64,000 bases of DNA from Camelus ferus (Eukaryota), in the NCBI RefSeq assembly GCF_009834535.1, contig NC_045697.1:32242001-32306000 (forward strand). Reading direction: 5' to 3'. Under the pieces are notes generated by a model. That model was given only the letters and a program-made list of their open reading frames with translations, was not told the origin of the DNA and searched no databases. Position numbers and translations under genes: made by a program. Positions 1-11,757 of this stretch are shown here, in pieces. Within the stretch, counting starts at the first letter, position 1, and every line of letters starts with the position of its first letter.

Positions 1-99
1 GGTTGCTATTCTTTGGTATGTGCAGTACAGTTCTTCCCTCCTTCCATCCTGCTCTGCTCCCCTCACAACAGGGGCCAGATCAGTTGTAACACTCCATAT

Positions 100-437
100 C
101 TTGTCTCTTTTAGGCAGAACTGTTGTGGTCTAGGGAAAAGTACTTGTCCCAAGTGGAAACAATCAGAATTTCTCTCCAGAAATCTGAAACTTGACCAGGG
201 GTACAGAAAGAAAGAAGGTGTCCGGAGCTGAGGCTTCTGAGGACAGCACTGCAGGAGAGGGTCAGTGAGTCCCTGCTTTGGTGATCTGAGGCTCCCTGGT
301 TTTTGCTCTTCTAAAGACTTGTTTTTTCCAACTCTTCCATTAATTCTGTGAGTTACCCTAGAATCACTCCAATAAATTCATTTTTGGTCCCTCTAGTAGA
401 TTACTGTTACTTGCAAATCAAAGAAGTCTAATCATGT
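100..437 (+). mobile_element. Old MaLR LTR relic (MLT1K/L/M-like)
   Basis: The 3' end ctgtgagttaccc...ccaataaattcattttt...ctgttacttgcaaatcaaagaagtctaa is typical of old MLT1 LTRs. Confidence 0.55.
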
Positions 438-2627
438 AACCCAAGTACAGGGTTAAAGTTTTCCTCACTGTCTTTTTTTATTTTTACGTTTTAAACACAA
501 ATTATCTTAAGGTAATTTTAAAATTAATAATGCCTTTAGAGTCTATTTATAGATTTCCATGTTTGTGTTATTTCATTGCGGGGAGTGGATCAGGAATTGC
601 ATGATACACCTTACTCTTTCTCTCAACACTTTTGTCATCACAAAGAATGAGAACTCTGAGAGTATGTATTTCCTCCTTTCTCCTTTGTATGGAGGGAAGG
701 GCGCTCCTGCTCCACTTCCCGGGAGTGAGCAATGGTGGATTTATACTCTTGAGCTCTTCTCTCACCCTACTATTTCCAGTACAGAGGGGAGGCGTAGGAA
801 ACCCCATTCTGGCCTCAAGCCCAACCTGCAACCTCTAATCCAACTTTACCTTTAATAAAGCTGATATTTTGATCCCATTTGGCTCAGTTCTTAGTGTTTT
901 TATTAACCAAACCCTGGAACAAAAGAAGGGTAAGTGGTAAGACCCAGATACCAAGCCTTATCTTGAAAAGCCAATGATAACAACCTAGATCAACAAAGGC
1001 AAAGAATCAAATGAGATTCTTTCATGAGTACACATCCAATAATAGGTTATCCTAAACAGGAAAAAGTTCAAAGAAAATGCAATAGCCAGCTCTTCCCTAT
1101 ACACGATTATATGTCCCTTGGATGATAAATATAAAATGTCAGACCTTGCATCCTGGATCATCACGAGCTTACAGTGAAGGTGTTAATGGAAGAGGAAAGG
1201 AAATTCTCTTAATTTTTTTTTTTTTTGCAAGGGAGAACTACAGGAATTTTAAGACAAAAATTGGTTAAAAAACAAAGTAAAGTTCTTTTTTAGTAGTAAG
1301 AGTCAGTAATAAACATAAATAACCATGATTATGCTCCATCAGTTTCAAAGGGAGAAACTAAGGTAGTTTATTGCGAGGAAAATCAAAAAAACTTTAGCTA
1401 AAAAGAAATAAGAAGTGACTTAAAGCTCTGGGGAAAGAAGAAAGTTCTACTAGAAATCTTTAAAAAAAAAAAAAGGGGGATATTAAGCCTTAAACATTAC
1501 ATTAAGCTAAACTGTTTTCTGAAAAGAGGCAAAAGGACAAGATGGAGTTAAAGAGTTCTTAATCAGTTTTTTTTCCCCCCAGTAAATTCCATTTCCTCGA
1601 ATTGAGTCCCCAAGGGATTTATCACAAAGATCCTTATGTAAGGTCAATAAATTAACAGGGAAAAAAAGGTCCTCAAATAAAGAAGCAAAAAAATACATTA
1701 TTCATACAGCCATTTTTAATGACGAAGTTCTAATAACTACCATGTCGTTTTGTATAATGCTAAATCAGTGAAACTATTTTTTGACATAAATAAGATAAAC
1801 TTGATAAAAAGTAAGATAGGCATATTATTTTATAATAATTCTACTTAAATTTGGTATAGAGTTTAGAAAATCTAAAAAATGCATGGGCACAGCACTCAAA
1901 CATTTTCAAATACATACTGCCTTAGCCTTGATATTGGTAGGTGCAAACAGTCATTATCTCTGAATTGAGCCATATGGACAAAAATGGAGTGCAAATGTTT
2001 TCCAGAAATACTGAAGTAATATTAGCAAGTTTTATTTAAAACATAGATACTTTCTGTTTTGAAAAGCAGAACAGTCTAACTTGGATTCTTGCTCAGATAA
2101 AAACAATCCCATATAAGCAAGAAAGTAACTGATATAAGTTCTGCTAGGCTGAGAGAACACTTTTCCCAAAGAGAAAGTTTAATTTTGCTGGTTACCCTTA
2201 GAGGTAAATCGGTAAAAAAGCAAGACAGTCAATGAACTAAGGAAAAACTACTTCAGAATCTATACTTCAGAGACAGAGTAAATTAACACTTAATAGAATG
2301 CCAACTACATACCAAGCACCACACAGGCATTTTATATATGTTATAACATGGTTAATTTGTCATAAATTTGGAATAATTTATATTAATCCTGTTTTACAAA
2401 TGAATTATACTGAACTTCAATAAACTTCCCAAGTTCATACAGATAGTAAGTGGCCAAAATAGTATGCTGTAAAACCCAATTTTCCCCAAGGGCAACCGAA
2501 CACCTGAACAGTACTTGGCCACCTTAATCATAAATTAACCTCAATACAGCTCCATTGAAGATCTAATTCATGTAATTTTGAGAAGTCTTCTAAAAAGTTA
2601 ATTAGAATATATAGCTAGACCTACTGG

Positions 2628-2665
2628 ATATATATATAGATAGATAGATAGATAGATAGATAGAT
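2628..2665. repeat. (TA)n(TAGA)7 compound microsatellite
   Basis: Direct reading. Confidence 0.9.
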
Positions 2666-3424
2666 TATTCATTTAAAGCTTTAGTATGTTTAAATACTGA
2701 AGATTCTGGAAAAACCAATTTTGGTTTCTTAAAGTTCATATGACACTGTACTACTCAGATGCTTCATACGGATGACAGAAGACATACTGTCATTACGAAG
2801 GACGAAACTCTTTCACCTCTTTTCAAAAGTAGATCATGAACACACACACACACTTGCGTGTGCATATATATACACACTTATATTTCAATTGGAATTTAGT
2901 TAATTAAACATTTATTTACTTTAGAGTTTATACAGCTTAATTCATAATGACTAAAGGCTGATGATTATCTCTTACAACATTCTTAACTTCTTAGTGAAAT
3001 GAAGCCATTTAAATGATCGTAGAGAAATGTTAAAATCTACCTGTTCTACATGCAAACTTTTAGAGATTAATGCTGTAATTTGATAAGAAGGCTGGGTTGG
3101 AGTTTTAAAGAAACAGTGAAAGAGTAAGAGTATCATTTAGGAAAAGAAACGCATCGCTTATTTTATAAGATGTGGTAAACTGTCAATTTTAATAAGGTAA
3201 TTAGATGAATTTAGTGGGGATTAGGACCTATTTCTCAAGACATAATCTAAACAATTCCAACTTGCAACATTGTTATTTTTTGATGAAAATAAATTTTAAG
3301 AAATCAATAGCTAAATAAATGGGTGTTATAAACAGTCATAGGTGTCCCTTACATTACACAATGGTAAGATTTTTTTTATTTAAAATACCTAATACAAATA
3401 CTAACAACTGAATGTTTTACATAC

Positions 3425-3607
3425 CTCCAACAAAAAGATCGATTCCTCCAGCTTCTTTTATTTTCTTTTCAAATGCATCACATTCTGCTTGTAAATCTGT
3501 AGCATTTCCATCAAGGATATGGGCATTATTAGGATCTATATCAATATGCTTAAAAAAGTTATTCCACATATAAGAATGGTAGCTTTCAGGATGATTCCTG
3601 GGAAGTC
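3425..3607 (-). CDS. GNPDA2: Glucosamine-6-phosphate deaminase 2, third coding exon (183 nt, phase 1-1)
   Basis: Acceptor tttgtatttag| at 3608 and donor GAG|gtatgt at 3424. Encodes (G)LPRNHPESYHSYMWNNFFKHIDIDPNNAHILDGNATDLQAECDAFEKKIKEAGGIDLFVG(G). Confidence 0.97.
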
Positions 3608-3749
3608 CTAAATACAAAGTTAATGAATAAAAATGTAACTAATTCTAGAAATAAATCTAAAGTTTACTTTTCTGATTAAGCCATAAATAATTTTCAAAAT
3701 ATTTAATCTTTCTATAGTATATGCAATTTAAAAGCATTCTTATATGGAA

Positions 3750-3970
3750 TATATGCTTATTATGTGCCAGGCATTATTTTAACCACTGTACATATATGTT
3801 AACTGAATTAATTTGTCCAACATATACAGAAATACTATTATCATTCTCATTTTATAGATGAACAGAAACACAGAAAAGTTAAGTAACTTTCCCAAGGTCA
3901 CAAAGCTCACAGAAGGGCTAAAATTAAAACAAAGAAGTCTAGTTCATGTGCATTTAATCACTTATACTCC
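3750..3970 (-). mobile_element. MIR SINE
   Basis: tatgtgccaggca...cattttatagatgaa...aagttaagtaactttcccaaggtcaca is the reverse complement of the MIR core. Confidence 0.8.
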
Positions 3971-4309
3971 ACTTCTCAAATACAAAATTATCACCAATGA
4001 AATTGATTTATCTGTTAAACTCAACATAAATTAACTGGCCACACACCTGCAATGTTGATCCACATGCCTCCTCTATACTTCCTATTTGTATGCAAGATAT
4101 ACTAAATCACAACAGTTCTTTGGCAATCATTAATGGCAGGCTACCATTAAAAATGTATTTCTATGAAACTTACATTTTAACACAGAGTTTGTATGTATCA
4201 CAGATCTCTCCAGTTACGCAAGTTAACCATCAATAAATTATGAAAGGTTCACAGCTACAAATATAAAGAATCTTATATTTGAAAGATATTTTACTAATTA
4301 CTTTTACAT

Positions 4310-4495
4310 ACATATTGCTTAATACGACCCCACAACAACACTGGTTTTAACTTTGTCTTAAGGGAAAAAGAAAAAGAGACAATGAGAAATGTGAATGAAT
4401 TGGCTCAAAGTTACAAGACTGGTAAGTGGCCCAGCTGAAGATGAATGCAGATCTTCTGATTTCTAGTCCCATACTCCTTCCACTATGTCATGCTG
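4310..4495 (-). mobile_element. MIR SINE fragment
   Basis: gaattggctcaaagttacaagactggtaagtggcccagctgaagatgaatgcagatcttctgatttctagtccc is the reverse complement of the MIR 5' part. Confidence 0.65.
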
Positions 4496-4689
4496 TCATC
4501 AGAAAAATATAATTTTTTTATATAACCTCCCAACCTCACCATAAGGTAGCACATTATACTCTAGAAATATATTCATATTACTTTCAAAACAAATTTAAGT
4601 AATATTTAAGTAATGTTAATATTCTCAAAATATATTCATGTTATTTAAAATATAACAAATTCAAATAATATTCAAATAATATAGCTTAC

Positions 4690-4791
4690 CTACATATTCA
4701 TCCATGTTAAAGGTCTTCACATATTTAAAAGAAAGGTCTCCATTCTTGTGATACTCTATTAGTTTTTTATAACATCCTAAAGGTGTGCTCC
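4690..4791 (-). CDS. GNPDA2: Glucosamine-6-phosphate deaminase 2, second coding exon (102 nt, phase 1-1)
   Basis: Acceptor ctgttttag| at 4792 and donor TAG|gtaagc at 4689. Encodes (G)[33 protein letters not shown](G), including the NagB-family catalytic Asp72 (MDEY). Not in the ORF track; read by hand. Confidence 0.97.
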
Positions 4792-7700
4792 CTAAAACAG
4801 ATAGATTCCATTTTTTAACATAACTTGAAAAATCTAATTTTAAAAACTTTATATTAACCTTATTCTCTTCTTACTTAATGATATTCTACATTTCTAATTT
4901 ATTAGGCAAACAAGTATTAATTTAAGTACCTATTCAAATAAAAAAATATGTTGAATTAAACTCTTTACAAGGTACTCTGAAATTTTAGTAAAGTAGAATT
5001 TGTTGAATAAAGGTAGAAATTTGTCTACAGAAATAACAGTTTGGAAAAATTATACTTGAATTATTAGATATTTGGAATTAATGTTGTATATTCCAGGATT
5101 AGAAACTTCAAGAGAGCACATCTGAATTAAAAGAAAAATAAAGATCCCATCTTTAGAGAAAAATGTTTATTTAGAGAGGGATTTGTAGCATAAATGATAT
5201 ATAAATAGGTCAAGTGTTGACCATTTAATGAAATTAAAAGGGAAAACAGCTAAATTTAAATACTGCCCCTATTTTAAAATAGAAGGCGGCAAAGATTGAG
5301 TGAGGAAACTAATCCTGTAAGTTTTTAACTAGAGCTCCTGTTTCTAATTTTCTTATTGTCAGTGGTTGTCAGCTAAAATGTGCAAAGTAAAATTACTTCT
5401 AGGAAATGGAATACTGGCTTTGGATCCTTCATCTGAGCTCTACTAGTGTTTTATAAAATTAGGATGTTTGATAGTGCGCAATATGCACAGTAAAGACGAT
5501 TCACCCACTTGAGCATGGCCTCCCTTTGTTTTTTAAATTTGCTGTATTTTTTCATTTTAACTGCAAATTCAAAGGTTAGACTGACTACATTCTTACAAGC
5601 AACCTAGCCCACCCAGTCCTGGTCAGAGGATTGATTCCTAGTCCACCCACCATCACAAGACACAACACAACACCCGTACACAAAATTTCTCATCAAGAGG
5701 CAGGCAGAGTGTGACAGAACCGGACAGCCTCTGGCAAAATCAAAAAAAAAAAAAAAAAAAAAAAGGGAAATTCTAGAGTAGTAAAAAGATCGCCTTTCAT
5801 TTAAGATGACAGAATAACAGAAGTGTCTATAAATAATAAATATCACATAGGTTCAGAGAACAGAAGACTAATAGATTTTCTTAAAGTTAAGCATACATAT
5901 TATTTTAAATTGAAATTACAATTTAAAATTTATCTGGTCAAACTTTTCAATTCCTTCTGAAAGAACTACAGCCCACTAATGTGAAATCTGGCTAGAAGAT
6001 GAAGAAATCACCTCCCTCTTCCTCCTTTTTAGAAGCATAAACAAACCTGTGTCTATCTTTCAGTGTCAAGAGAACAGTTACAGGACTTCCCCCTTAATTT
6101 AAGGACATATGACTAAAAAAAGTCAGAAGTTATTACAACTGTGATGACAAAAAATGCATTCATTTTCTAATTTTTAATCAAAGTGGCTGAAGAGAAAAAA
6201 TAATGGAAAATATGGTACAGGCTGAACTGGTTAAAGAAACGTCAATTTAATATATTTGCTTGCAATATTCATTTATTAACATAACTAATTTAGCAAATCC
6301 TTATTATGATTCAGATAAAACAAAGATTAAGACTGTTTCTACCCTAGAAGAACTTACAAGATAGGGATAGACAAGTACAAAATAACAGGGGAAACTATTA
6401 TAAGTAACGTATAAGAAGTCTGGAGAACGACAATGAATCAAAGAAAAGCCTTGCTTGTTGGAGGAAGGATCAAAGTTGGCATTTCAAGTAGTTTTGAAGA
6501 AGAGGTGGAATTCAACGATGGAGTAAGCTGTATTTGAAAATAGAAAAAAGATGTGGGAAGAGATTGAGAGAAGAGACAGCTGTATGCTTATCACGTGCTA
6601 AATGCTATGGTGTTTCAAACCTGAGCAAATGCAAATCTCACAAGTTTGAAGATGGAATAACTGGGTCAAAAAGATAAAGTAATGTGCCAAATATCACACA
6701 CATGGCAGTGAAGCCAGAGATTCAAGAGATTCTGTCTGCTTCCAGAGCTCACAAAGTTGCTAACAATATGAGTGAAAGTAAAGCCAGCAAGTTCAGGCCT
6801 GTTCCATGAACTACAGTCTAGTCTGCCTGCCATGATTCAGTGTGGGGAATGGTGGGAATGCGCCTGGGAGGCAGGTCATGCCCCACAGCATGCAGGCTCT
6901 TAAATGTCATGCTTGTCACCATCACTTCAATAAATATACAGTGAACAGATACTCCCCAGAACTGTGCTTGGTGGGGCATAATTCCAATATAGCATGTTAT
7001 TCACAATTACAGAAATGTGTGTTCAAATTTCAAAAGCACGGGGGATAGAGAGGGAGCACGATTAACCCTGTCACTAGTCAATGAAGGAGAAAAGTAGAAA
7101 ATGTCAACAAAGGTATTCCAGAGATAGACCTTTGGCAGGTGTATCACTGGGCAATTCTTCTATCCAAGACAAAGCAAGAGCTGTACATCTAAATGCACAA
7201 AAACATGCTTAACTCTGCTGGCATTTATGACTCTGAAGCCATTCTGCCCCTACACACAAATTACTATTTATTTCTATATCATGATTAAGACAAAGTGATT
7301 AAGGCAGCTGGGCTGACCATAGCCCAGGTTAACAGTATGGAAGCTGATGCATGGTTGTGTTCAACCACTGGGGCTCACATACGAGAAGTGTGGGTGCTGA
7401 GGGGGCCCATTTCTGGTATGCACAATTATTAAAAGTCTTTCTTTGCCATTCTAACCAAGATCTACTGCCCTTGACTAAAAAACAAGAAGCAAAACAACAA
7501 ACAAAAAAATCAACCTGATAAGCTAAAGAGGACCTTTCATGGAAATTATGCAAGTGAAAAAAATTATGATTGTATATTTTCTGTAACTGGCATGTATGAG
7601 GGGAGGAACAAGAGGAGAAAATACTGTTAAACAAAACACACTTATAAGAACCTTGAATTTATATAGTGTTTACAATATACAGGGGTTTGCACAAACACTA

Positions 7701-8439
7701 TCTTACATGAGCCTCAAAACAGCCTTGTGAACTATGAATTTCCTTATCTTTCTTAAAGGTAAGGAAACCAAGAATTAGGGTGTAGAATAAACACCTTGCA
7801 GTCACCAAGAAAATAGCAGCTCTGATACTCTTTTCCTGTGGACGTCAACAATATCAAATAAAGTACCACGAGGTCAGTGACACTACTTGGTTATTTTTTA
7901 GGAAAAACCTTAACAGAGAACTTAATCCAATAAAATACACAATTAATGCTTACATGTATCCTGTCATGAAGACATACCAGTCTTCAATTTTTATGATACT
8001 TCTATAATAGAAAATAATCAGAGAAATACGAGGCATGTGAGGTAAAATCAAGAGTTCTGTTGAACATAGTTTGGCTATCTCTTAATGATTAATAACAAGG
8101 TTGATCTACTAAGAAATTAAAGAACAGTGAAAGCAACATCCCTAAATACAAACAAAAGACTACCAGAAAAAGGTACCAAAAAAACACTACGTTCATCACT
8201 TGAGCTATGATATTTTCTTTTGCATTTTGGAGTGGTAGGCGAGACAGAATTTTAACAAAGAAAATAGGAATGAAATGTAGATACTAGGTATGTCTGTATC
8301 TGTATCGATACATTCGGCTTTATATACTAATACGTTAAATCAATGATGTGGCAGGAAATAAATAGGAAACATATTTTACTAAGGAAGACACTTCAATCCC
8401 ACTACCTTGAGCATCTAATATAGAAAAAATGGTGATTAC

Positions 8440-8563
8440 CTGTGGGTAAACCCAGTGTAAAATATCTGTCCTGTCCAGGTTTGAACTGAATGATGCGATT
8501 ACAGATGTATTTGGCTGCCCATTCACTAGCCAAGTCATAGTTATCAAGAATTACAAGCCTCAT
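8440..8563 (-). CDS. GNPDA2: Glucosamine-6-phosphate deaminase 2, first coding exon (124 coding nt)
   Basis: ATG at 8563-8561 in context ccacaATGa (A at -3). Encodes MRLVILDNYDLASEWAAKYICNRIIQFKPGQDRYFTLGLPT(G). Donor CAG|gtaatc at 8439. Confidence 0.97.
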
Positions 8564-8601
8564 TGTGGTGATGCACAGCTTCCAGGACAAGAAGTTCAAA
8601 C
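8564..8601 (-). other. GNPDA2: 5' UTR part of GNPDA2 exon 2
   Basis: Acceptor cttttctcag| at 8602, followed by 38 nt without an upstream ATG before the start codon. Confidence 0.8.
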
Positions 8602-8759
8602 CTGAGAAAAGTCCATTGCAAAGCACTGTAAGTAATTTACAGTCAAACAGAAGTGTGATGCGCTGATGGCTTTAAGAAGGACATTACTTAAGAACCTCAT
8701 GCATGTATAAAAATACAACCTGTGCTTTAAAAATAGTAATAATGGCTGTTTTCTTCTGA

Positions 8760-8970
8760 ACAGACCTTGGGTTCTGGGCAGTGGGCTAGGTCATTTAAGC
8801 ACATATATCAATATTTACAACAATCTTCTGAAGTAAACACCACATCTTGTTTTGGATGAGAAGAGGGACTCACACAATTTTCCTGAGTTCACACAGTTAC
8901 TAAGTGACAAAGCCAAAATTTATATCAAGGCAAATTTACTATAAAGACAGCACACTGCACTGCCTCCATA
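8760..8970 (-). mobile_element. MIR SINE fragment
   Basis: tttggatgagaaga...gagttcacacagttactaagtgacaaagcc. Confidence 0.55.
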
Positions 8971-10469
8971 AGGATACTATATAAAGCAACATAAACCAAA
9001 CCAAAGGCAAACAAAGCAGTAGTCATTTATTGATTTCAAGTTAATGGTATTAATGATTACTCAGCAACTTTTGGGTTACTTAGTAAAATTCAGAACTCCC
9101 CCTATGAATGATGTAATAACTAAATCTCCCTTTGTTGAATAATGTTTTTATAAAATGATACCTGCACTTTTAAAAAATTTCAATCACTAGAGAAAGGTAC
9201 AAAAAAAAAATCGACCCAAATCCTGACACCCAGAAATAATACTCATTACTATCAGTTATACATCATTCTAGGTATCTATCTAATGCACACGTATAAATAA
9301 GATATATAGAATAATTTCTAACAATGGGATCAAACTACACATGCTATTTTTAACAAAAAGCTTAACATTTAATTCTTTCTGCATTCAACAAAAGCAAAAG
9401 AAAATTAAAGAAACTGCTGATCTCTGGGGAAAATGAAAATTCTTCACACAAAGCAATTTCAGTTCTTAAAAGAATATTCTAAGGTTAAGAAAAAATGTTA
9501 TAAAAATATTAAGAGAGCACAGTCACTTAAAAACTATATGATTCCATTTTAGACAATGAGGATTGACCTCCTACCAGGAAAGATGTGAAAATTGCATTTT
9601 TACACTTCCTCACATCCCCTGATTTCTGTATGACATATTATTTTTATATTGTCAAGATTTATAACATTTATACTGTGTTCTACAACCATAATTCCCAGAT
9701 TTGAATTCTTAGTTTTATATTTAAATAGATCCGTCACCCAGACCAATCCTTTTACAAACAGTTTCAGCAGTCCTGAATTCTGTACCCACAAACCTTACAT
9801 ACAGCAGTAAGTCAACTTTTTACATTAATGGGAGTAGTAGGTCTTATCACAATGAATATATGTAATCTAAATATGTCCTTAAGAACATAACAATGTAGAA
9901 TGCTGGCATAACAACAAAAACTTGCAATCACCATGATCTAAAATTCTGGCAGAGTAACGAGATACATAGCATTTACAGACAATAATTTACACAGTAAGTG
10001 ATAAATTCAGTCCAACAAATGGACTTGGCCTCGATTTAAATTCATCAATAATCTAATGCCAGAAACAATTTCAAAGTTACACGAAAGAATCAGAAACATT
10101 TCCTGGCTGTTTTGGTCATAAAGACACATACTTATTTCTAACATTCAGCAAAATGACTACTGGTACAAATAAAAAAAAAAAAATCCTGTAAGATGAGGAG
10201 GTGGAAGGGCCTTAGAGCGTTCCAAGTGTCTTCTGTGCTCTGGGCTTGCTGTTTCCTTCCTCAGTTCAACACACTTGTGAGGGAGGGCCTATTAATTATC
10301 AAGCACTAAGGTCACACAAAAATGACTAAGATAAGGATCCTACTGTCAAAGGGCTTAGACTCATTTAATAGTCTCTGGTGTGGAACTTATTCTCATTTTT
10401 CAGATATAGAAAACTGTAACTCAGAAGTTATAAAGCTATTAAACAAATGGAGGGTCTATCCGACTGAAA

Positions 10470-10650
10470 GACACATGCTTCAAAAGTGCCTTGTAAGTAA
10501 CAATCAATTAGGATGCTTGTTAAAAAAGATTCCCAGGGCCCTTTCCCTGGACATGGTGTTTCAGCAGATCTGAAACTGGGTCCTGAGAATCTGCACTTTT
10601 ACAAATGTAACAGGTGATTCTTACACTCAGGATACATTGGAAAAGAACCC
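10470..10650. mobile_element. MER5A/B-like hAT-Charlie DNA transposon relic
   Basis: cttgttaaaaaagattcccagggccc...gggtcctgagaatctgcacttttacaa...caggtgattctta. Confidence 0.7.
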
Positions 10651-11516
10651 CATGCAAGATGACTTCACTGCAGAGAGGTTCAAGTAAGTCTCTCAGGCCA
10701 AGTACGGGTACGTTTTGTTTTCTTAAGCTTGTCGGTGAGCTTAGAGTTCACTTCCAAAAGTCCCAAATGAACACTTCACCCAGAATAAAGTAGAAAGTTT
10801 TTGTCACATTTGTCAGATTAAAAAAAAATGTGTTTTTTTCCTCCAGTTTTGGCAATCCTCAGAGATCCAAACTACTGCGGCCCTGAGCCATTCTCCAGCA
10901 TCTTGACCCGACAGCACTAAAAAATGACACAGCACCACCGTTCCCTCATCTTCCTCTGGTGCTGATTCATTTTGGATGTGTATCCCCTGGAGACAGGGCT
11001 GCCGAACACAAATCTAGGAACTTTAAAGCTGGGTGGGGGCTTCTAGACGACTTGGGTTACACTAAGCTTTTTTAGAACCTGCACTAGAATCTGGAACCTA
11101 GACTTGCAGAGCCCCTGCTCCGAGCTTTTGCCCTACAGCACACTGCACCTGACCTGAAAAGATCGCTCAAGCCCCGACTAGGAAGGAGCCCTGCGAACCC
11201 GCCTCCATCGCCTGCCAGCTGCGCCCCATCACTCCGCAAACCGCAAGGCATGCAAACCAGGATGACCATCAGGAATTTTTAACAACAGAAGGCCGCGAAA
11301 GAGGAGAGGAAGGGAACCCCTCCCGGAGGCGCAGTTCCGAAGAGGACGACCAGCCAGGTTTGCTGGGGGCCAGGTTGGGGACATCAGGCCCCCGCCTCCA
11401 GGCTCCCGGACCCCGATCCGCCCGGCGACCCCATCCCGGCATAAAGCCCACCGTGGGGGCAACGACCAGCGGGTCTCCGCCCGACTCCCCTTCCTCGCCC
11501 ATGCCCGTGGACTCAC

Positions 11517-11660
11517 CGGCCGGCCCACTGGCTCTTCCCACGCTGGAACGGCGGGCGCAGCCCACACACGGCCACCGCGGAGCCACCCCAACCGGCGCTC
11601 GGAGCGCGAAGCTAAGGACCCGGATGTAAACCCCGGCGCGGCGGGGACGGCGGCGCGGCC
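11517..11660 (-). other. GNPDA2: GNPDA2 non-coding exon 1 (5' end approximate)
   Basis: Consensus donor CCG|GTGAGT at 11516-11511 inside the CpG island, just downstream of NRF1/ETS motifs. The TSS cannot be fixed from sequence. Confidence 0.7.
11619..11627 (+). promoter_or_regulatory. ETS-family (GABPA/ELK-type) motif
   Basis: CCCGGATGT, which matches the CCGGAWGT core. Confidence 0.45.
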
Positions 11661-11669
11661 CGCGAGTGC

Positions 11670-11681
11670 TGCGCATGCGCG
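11670..11681. promoter_or_regulatory. NRF1 binding motif
   Basis: TGCGCATGCGCG is an exact match to YGCGCAYGCGCR. Confidence 0.75.
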
Positions 11682-11749
11682 CGCGCCGGGCTCGCTGCGG
11701 GTGAGGGCGCGGCGGTGCCCGCGGGTTCTGGGAGACAGGAAGCCTTTGC

Positions 11750-11757
11750 TGACGTGA
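11750..11757 (+). promoter_or_regulatory. CRE-like / UPRE (XBP1-ATF6-CREB3-type) motif
   Basis: GCTGACGTGA contains TGACGTG(G/A). Confidence 0.45.

Larger units (their letters stand above)
1..11660 (-). other. GNPDA2: GNPDA2 gene, 5' portion (exon 1 to intron 4); 3' exons lie beyond the left edge
   Basis: Three GT-AG-bounded exons splice in frame to [136 protein letters not shown]. The N-terminus matches GNPDA2 rather than GNPDA1. I did not find the next expected exon (GIGPDGHIAFNEPG) in 1-3424. Confidence 0.96.

Noticed and set aside
8402..8626. N-terminally extended GNPDA2 (MLCNGLFSG...) from the ORF track
   Set aside because: The extension starts at a non-ATG codon in intron 1, upstream of the acceptor at 8602. 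The C-terminal tail reads through the donor at 8439.
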